Below, one piece after another: positions 60,902 through 64,000 of a stretch of 64,000 nt of DNA. Position numbers and translations under genes: made by a program. Each line of letters begins with the position of its first letter. The stretch's first letter is position 1. The notes below the pieces were generated by a model that was not told the DNA's origin, made no database searches, and worked only from the letters and a program-made list of their open reading frames with translations. This DNA comes from an uncultured Candidatus Entotheonella sp. (lineage in GTDB: Bacteria > Tectomicrobia > Entotheonellia > Entotheonellales > Entotheonellaceae), in contig OZ244252.1 of the NCBI GenBank assembly GCA_965217185.1, positions 1,696,001-1,760,000 on the forward strand, read 5' to 3'.

Positions 60902-61804
60902 TCAGATTGACGAGTACGACTCGGGACGAAGGTACACGACGCCCTTGCCCCAATCGTAGGTTTTGACGCCGTCGGGTGGCTGGCTGCCGGGGCCGCATAG
61001 GATTTCCAACTCGCGCTCGGTGCTCAGCGGCCAGCGCTCGAACAATTCCGCCGGGGTGGGATCGGGACGTGGGGCGGCGGTGGAGCCGGGCATCGCGTGC
61101 TCCATGGCTTTGATGTAATCCTCGAAGTCACACCAGCCGGGGACGGTGTGCTCGCCGCCGGGGCCGCGAAACAGCAGGGTCGGGAAGGCATAGCGGTCGA
61201 GACCCTCGGTCTGCTTCAGGTTGCCGATGCCGGGCCAGTCGCCTTCAAGGTGCCGGACGTCATCGTTGGGACGGCGGGTTTCGTCCCAATCCTGCCGATA
61301 GGCATCGCGGGCTTCCTGACCGGCGAGATCGCGGGCAAGACGCTCCCGGTCGAGGCCCGGGGTGTCGCTGACGGCGTCGATGACGCGCTCCGGGGTGTCA
61401 GGCGGGCAGCCGAAGACGAACACCGCTTCCCGCATGCGGCGCAGGGCGTCGCGAGCGATGGCTTCTCCCTGCAGGCGGGCCGCGCAAAATCCGATACCGG
61501 CAGCCTCGCTGCCGCCGGGTGTCCAGTTGAGCGATACCGGGTATGGGCTGCCGGTATGGCCAGCCACCACGGACCAGTATTCCGACAAACGAGGCGCGCG
61601 GCCGACCGGATCCCAATCCGGCTTCTTGGTCAAATCGGCTACCAAGCCGCCCATCACCAGCCGCCAATCGCAGCGGTCCTCATAGCGCCACCGCAGCAGC
61701 CGCAGCTTCGGTTCCGATCCCCAGGCCCACGAACACATCACGTCAGTGTACTCAACGACCTCCAAGCGCTGCCCCATTTCGGCTCTCCTCGCATCCATCG
61801 TCAT
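60902..61804 (-). CDS. DsbA/FrnE-like thioredoxin-fold protein with CxxA motif
   Basis: EYTDVMCSWAWGSEP, LVMGGL, cis-Pro loop AFPTL; start may be at 61798 or 61777. Confidence 0.75.
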   Translation of the reverse strand: MTMDARRAEMGQRLEVVEYTDVMCSWAWGSEPKLRLLRWRYEDRCDWRLVMGGLVADLTKKPDWDPVGRAPRLSEYWSVVAGHTGSPYPVSLNWTPGGSEAAGIGFCAARLQGEAIARDALRRMREAVFVFGCPPDTPERVIDAVSDTPGLDRERLARDLAGQEARDAYRQDWDETRRPNDDVRHLEGDWPGIGNLKQTEGLDRYAFPTLLFRGPGGEHTVPGWCDFEDYIKAMEHAMPGSTAAPRPDPTPAELFERWPLSTERELEILCGPGSQPPDGVKTYDWGKGVVYLRPESYSSI

Positions 61805-61913
61805 CTCGGTGCCAGCCCCGAGTGGGGCTGTTTCACAGTGTGGCTCGCAGTGTAACGACGGTTTTGGCGCATGTCTATTTCTCGACCGACGCGGAAGTGC
61901 TCCGTTTTGGATT

Positions 61914-61950
61914 ACCCCCTCTCCCTAACCCTCCCCGCAGAGGGGGAGCG
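61914..61950. repeat. BoxC-like purine/pyrimidine palindromic element
   Basis: ACCCCCTCTCCCTAACCCTCCCCGCAGAGGGGGAG resembles the CCCTAACCCTCTCCC..GGGAGAGGG repeat type. Confidence 0.55.
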
Positions 61951-62063
61951 GCCAAGGAACGCGGGCCGTTTTACAACCGGCGGCCTTGTATGCTATGAAC
62001 CCTGCGAGCGGTTCCTGTGGTGGTTTGTATCCTCACTATCCTGATGCGAGTTTAGGAGATTCC

Positions 62064-62639
62064 ATGCCCCGTCTTACCCCAGTCCAACCCGAGGCCATGT
62101 CAGACGAACAGCGGGCGCTTTATGAGGCGATTTTGGGCGGCAAGCGCGGCCCCGGCATGCGCGGCGAGGACGGCGCCCTGATCGGACCGTTCAACGCCAT
62201 GCTGCTCAACCCGCACGTCGGCGACCGTGTGCAGCGGTTGGGCGAAGCGCTGCGGTTCGACATTTCGCTGTCGCGCAACGTCATTGAAGTGGCCACGCTG
62301 GTGGTTGGCAACCACTGGCGGGCACAATTCGAGTGGTGGGCGCACGAGCGCCTGGCCAAACAGGCCGGCGTTTCGGAAGCGGTCATCGCGGCGATCAAGC
62401 ACGGCGAGCGCCCCGATTTCAGCAACGACGACGAAGCCGCAGCCTATGAGGCGGCCAGCGAGATGTACCGCACCCAACGCCTGACGGACGCGACGTACGC
62501 CAATGCCGTACAGCGCTTCGGAGAGGCGGGGGTGTTCGAGTTGATCGCTCTGGTGGGTTACTACAGTCTGGTCTCCCTGCTTCTGAACGGCTTTGAGGTG
62601 CCATTGCCTGCGGGCGAAGCGCCGCCGTTCAACGACTGA
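62064..62639 (+). CDS. Carboxymuconolactone decarboxylase/AhpD-like protein
   Basis: SD AGGAG; GPFNAML, EVATL, FEWWAH..A..AGV, ELIALVGYY. Confidence 0.85.
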   Translation: MPRLTPVQPEAMSDEQRALYEAILGGKRGPGMRGEDGALIGPFNAMLLNPHVGDRVQRLGEALRFDISLSRNVIEVATLVVGNHWRAQFEWWAHERLAKQAGVSEAVIAAIKHGERPDFSNDDEAAAYEAASEMYRTQRLTDATYANAVQRFGEAGVFELIALVGYYSLVSLLLNGFEVPLPAGEAPPFND

Positions 62640-62671
62640 GCAACAGGCCGCATGCCGGCGGAGGGATACGT

Positions 62672-63802
62672 ATGGTGCTGGGTATTTCGGAGCAGTCGAA
62701 GAGCAGCGAAATCCACCTGATGCGGGCGACCCTGCATTACGGCAACGGGCGGCAGCGCGGCACGCCGGCCCTGGACAATGCCAGCCTGTGGATTCGCCGC
62801 GGGGAAACGATGAGCGTGGTCGGGCCGACGGGCTGCGGCAAGTCGTCGCTGCTGCGCGTGGTCGCCGGGCTCGAAAGGCCGGAAAACGGGGAGTTGACCT
62901 TCGACGGCGAGGACGTCAGCGCGCTTTCCCCTTCCCAGCGCTCCATTGGCCTGGTGTTTCAGACTTACGCCCTTTACCCGCACTTCAAGGTGCACGGCAA
63001 CATCGCCTTTTACTTCCGCCTGCGCCGCTGGAAGTCGGAGGCCATCGACGTCAGGGTAATGGAAACGTCGCGCATCATGGGCATCGGCTTTGAGAAACTG
63101 CTGGACCGCATGCCGCGCAGCTTGTCCGGCGGCGAAAAGCAGCGGGTGGCGCTGGCGCGCTGCCTGAGCCACAGCCCTCGGGTGCTGTTGCTGGACGAAC
63201 CGTTCTCGAATCTGGATACCGCCTTGCGCTTGCAGACTCGGAGCGAGGTTAAAAAGCTGATCGATCAATTTGGCCTGACAACCATCTTCGTCACGCACGA
63301 TCAGGGCGAGGCCGTGTCCATGGGCCACCGGCTGGCGGTCATGCGACAGGGACGTATCGAACAGGTTGGCGCCTATCACGAGCTGTATCACGAACCCGTC
63401 AACATGTTTGTTGCCGGGTTTCTGGGCAGTCCGCCGATGAATTTTTTCCCGGCCCAGCGTTGGGGCGAGAGCTTGACCTGCGAGGTTGGCGGCACTTCGC
63501 TTTCCGTGCCCCTCGCTCCCGGCTACCCGAATCGCTTGACGGACGGCGCCCGTGTCTTTCTTGGCTGGCGCCCCGAGCACCTGCGCCCCAGCGACGATGA
63601 ATCCCCTGCCCTGCCCTGCACCGTCGACGCGGTGGACATCTCCCTTTCCGACGCCACCCAGCTTCTCCACCTGGTGCACGGCAACCGCACGTTCTGCGCC
63701 AAGACCGATCTGCAGAAACCGGTGCGCAAGGGCGAAACCCTGCGGCTGCACTTTGCGCCGCAGCACGCCTATTACTTCGATCAGAACGAGAACCGGTTGT
63801 AA
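62672..63802 (+). CDS. Sugar-type ABC ATP-binding protein (MalK/UgpC-like)
   Basis: GPTGCGKS, VFQTYALYPH, LSGGEKQR, FVAGFLGSPPMN, TOBE tail. Confidence 0.9.
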   Translation: MVLGISEQSKSSEIHLMRATLHYGNGRQRGTPALDNASLWIRRGETMSVVGPTGCGKSSLLRVVAGLERPENGELTFDGEDVSALSPSQRSIGLVFQTYALYPHFKVHGNIAFYFRLRRWKSEAIDVRVMETSRIMGIGFEKLLDRMPRSLSGGEKQRVALARCLSHSPRVLLLDEPFSNLDTALRLQTRSEVKKLIDQFGLTTIFVTHDQGEAVSMGHRLAVMRQGRIEQVGAYHELYHEPVNMFVAGFLGSPPMNFFPAQRWGESLTCEVGGTSLSVPLAPGYPNRLTDGARVFLGWRPEHLRPSDDESPALPCTVDAVDISLSDATQLLHLVHGNRTFCAKTDLQKPVRKGETLRLHFAPQHAYYFDQNENRL

Positions 63803-63845
63803 ATGTAGGTCGGATTACGCTTCGCTAATCCGACCTACATTTACA
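63798..63845. repeat. GTAG-type REP-like perfect palindrome / bidirectional terminator
   Basis: TGTAAATGTAGGTCGGATTA-CGCTTCGC-TAATCCGACCTACATTTACA; 20-bp perfect arms. Confidence 0.8.
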
Positions 63846-63862
63846 GATTGATGCGGCAAGGT

Positions 63863-64000
63863 CTAACTGGAGAAGGTGGTCGGCACCTGAATGGCGCCGT
63901 TGAAGAAGAGTTGGAAGGTCTGACCGTAGCGGGCGAACAGATCGCGGCTGAGGAAATCGGAGGCGTCGATATAGATGGGATCATCGGGCAGGGCGAGGTA
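63863..64000 (-). CDS. 3' end of an unknown gene entering from beyond the window
   Basis: Open frame YLALPDDPIYIDASDFLSRDLFARYGQTFQLFFNGAIQVPTTFSS* with GC-rich third positions. Confidence 0.6.
   Translation of the reverse strand, partial: YLALPDDPIYIDASDFLSRDLFARYGQTFQLFFNGAIQVPTTFSS

Overview
GC-rich bacterial chromosome segment. The gene content (F420-type PPOX protein, luciferase-like monooxygenase, CocE/NonD hydrolase, TRAP and peptide transporters, GspA/B-type T2SS) suggests a Tectomicrobia/'Entotheonella'-like or deltaproteobacteria-like organism; this is inference only. 1-23.5 kb: metabolic genes, including a PQQ dehydrogenase, DctP, CocE, metH followed by an uncharacterised Rieske/membrane-protein cluster, an RRM RNA-binding protein, and a pncC-ldcA-serine hydrolase-mpl peptidoglycan-recycling operon. 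23.6-38.6 kb: tRNA-Gly(CCC), a diheme cytochrome c lipoprotein, recJ and a type II secretion cluster (A,B,C,D,E,F,L,M; no pseudopilins), interrupted between gspE and gspF by a dead IS5 and a MazF/PemK-type toxin-antitoxin pair. 38.7-45.6 kb: DUF1800-DUF1501-NHL genes and catabolic enzymes. About 45.7-60.7 kb: a decaying mobile island with four IS elements, two resolvase relics, a BrnT-XRE TA pair, pseudogenes and an intact peptide ABC operon, ending at a dif/cer-like XerCD site. The best candidates for undescribed biology are the metH-linked Rieske cluster, the dif-like island boundary, the TA pair inside the T2SS operon and the signal-less DUF1800/DUF1501/NHL module. All family assignments come from motif recognition by eye; no database searches were run.
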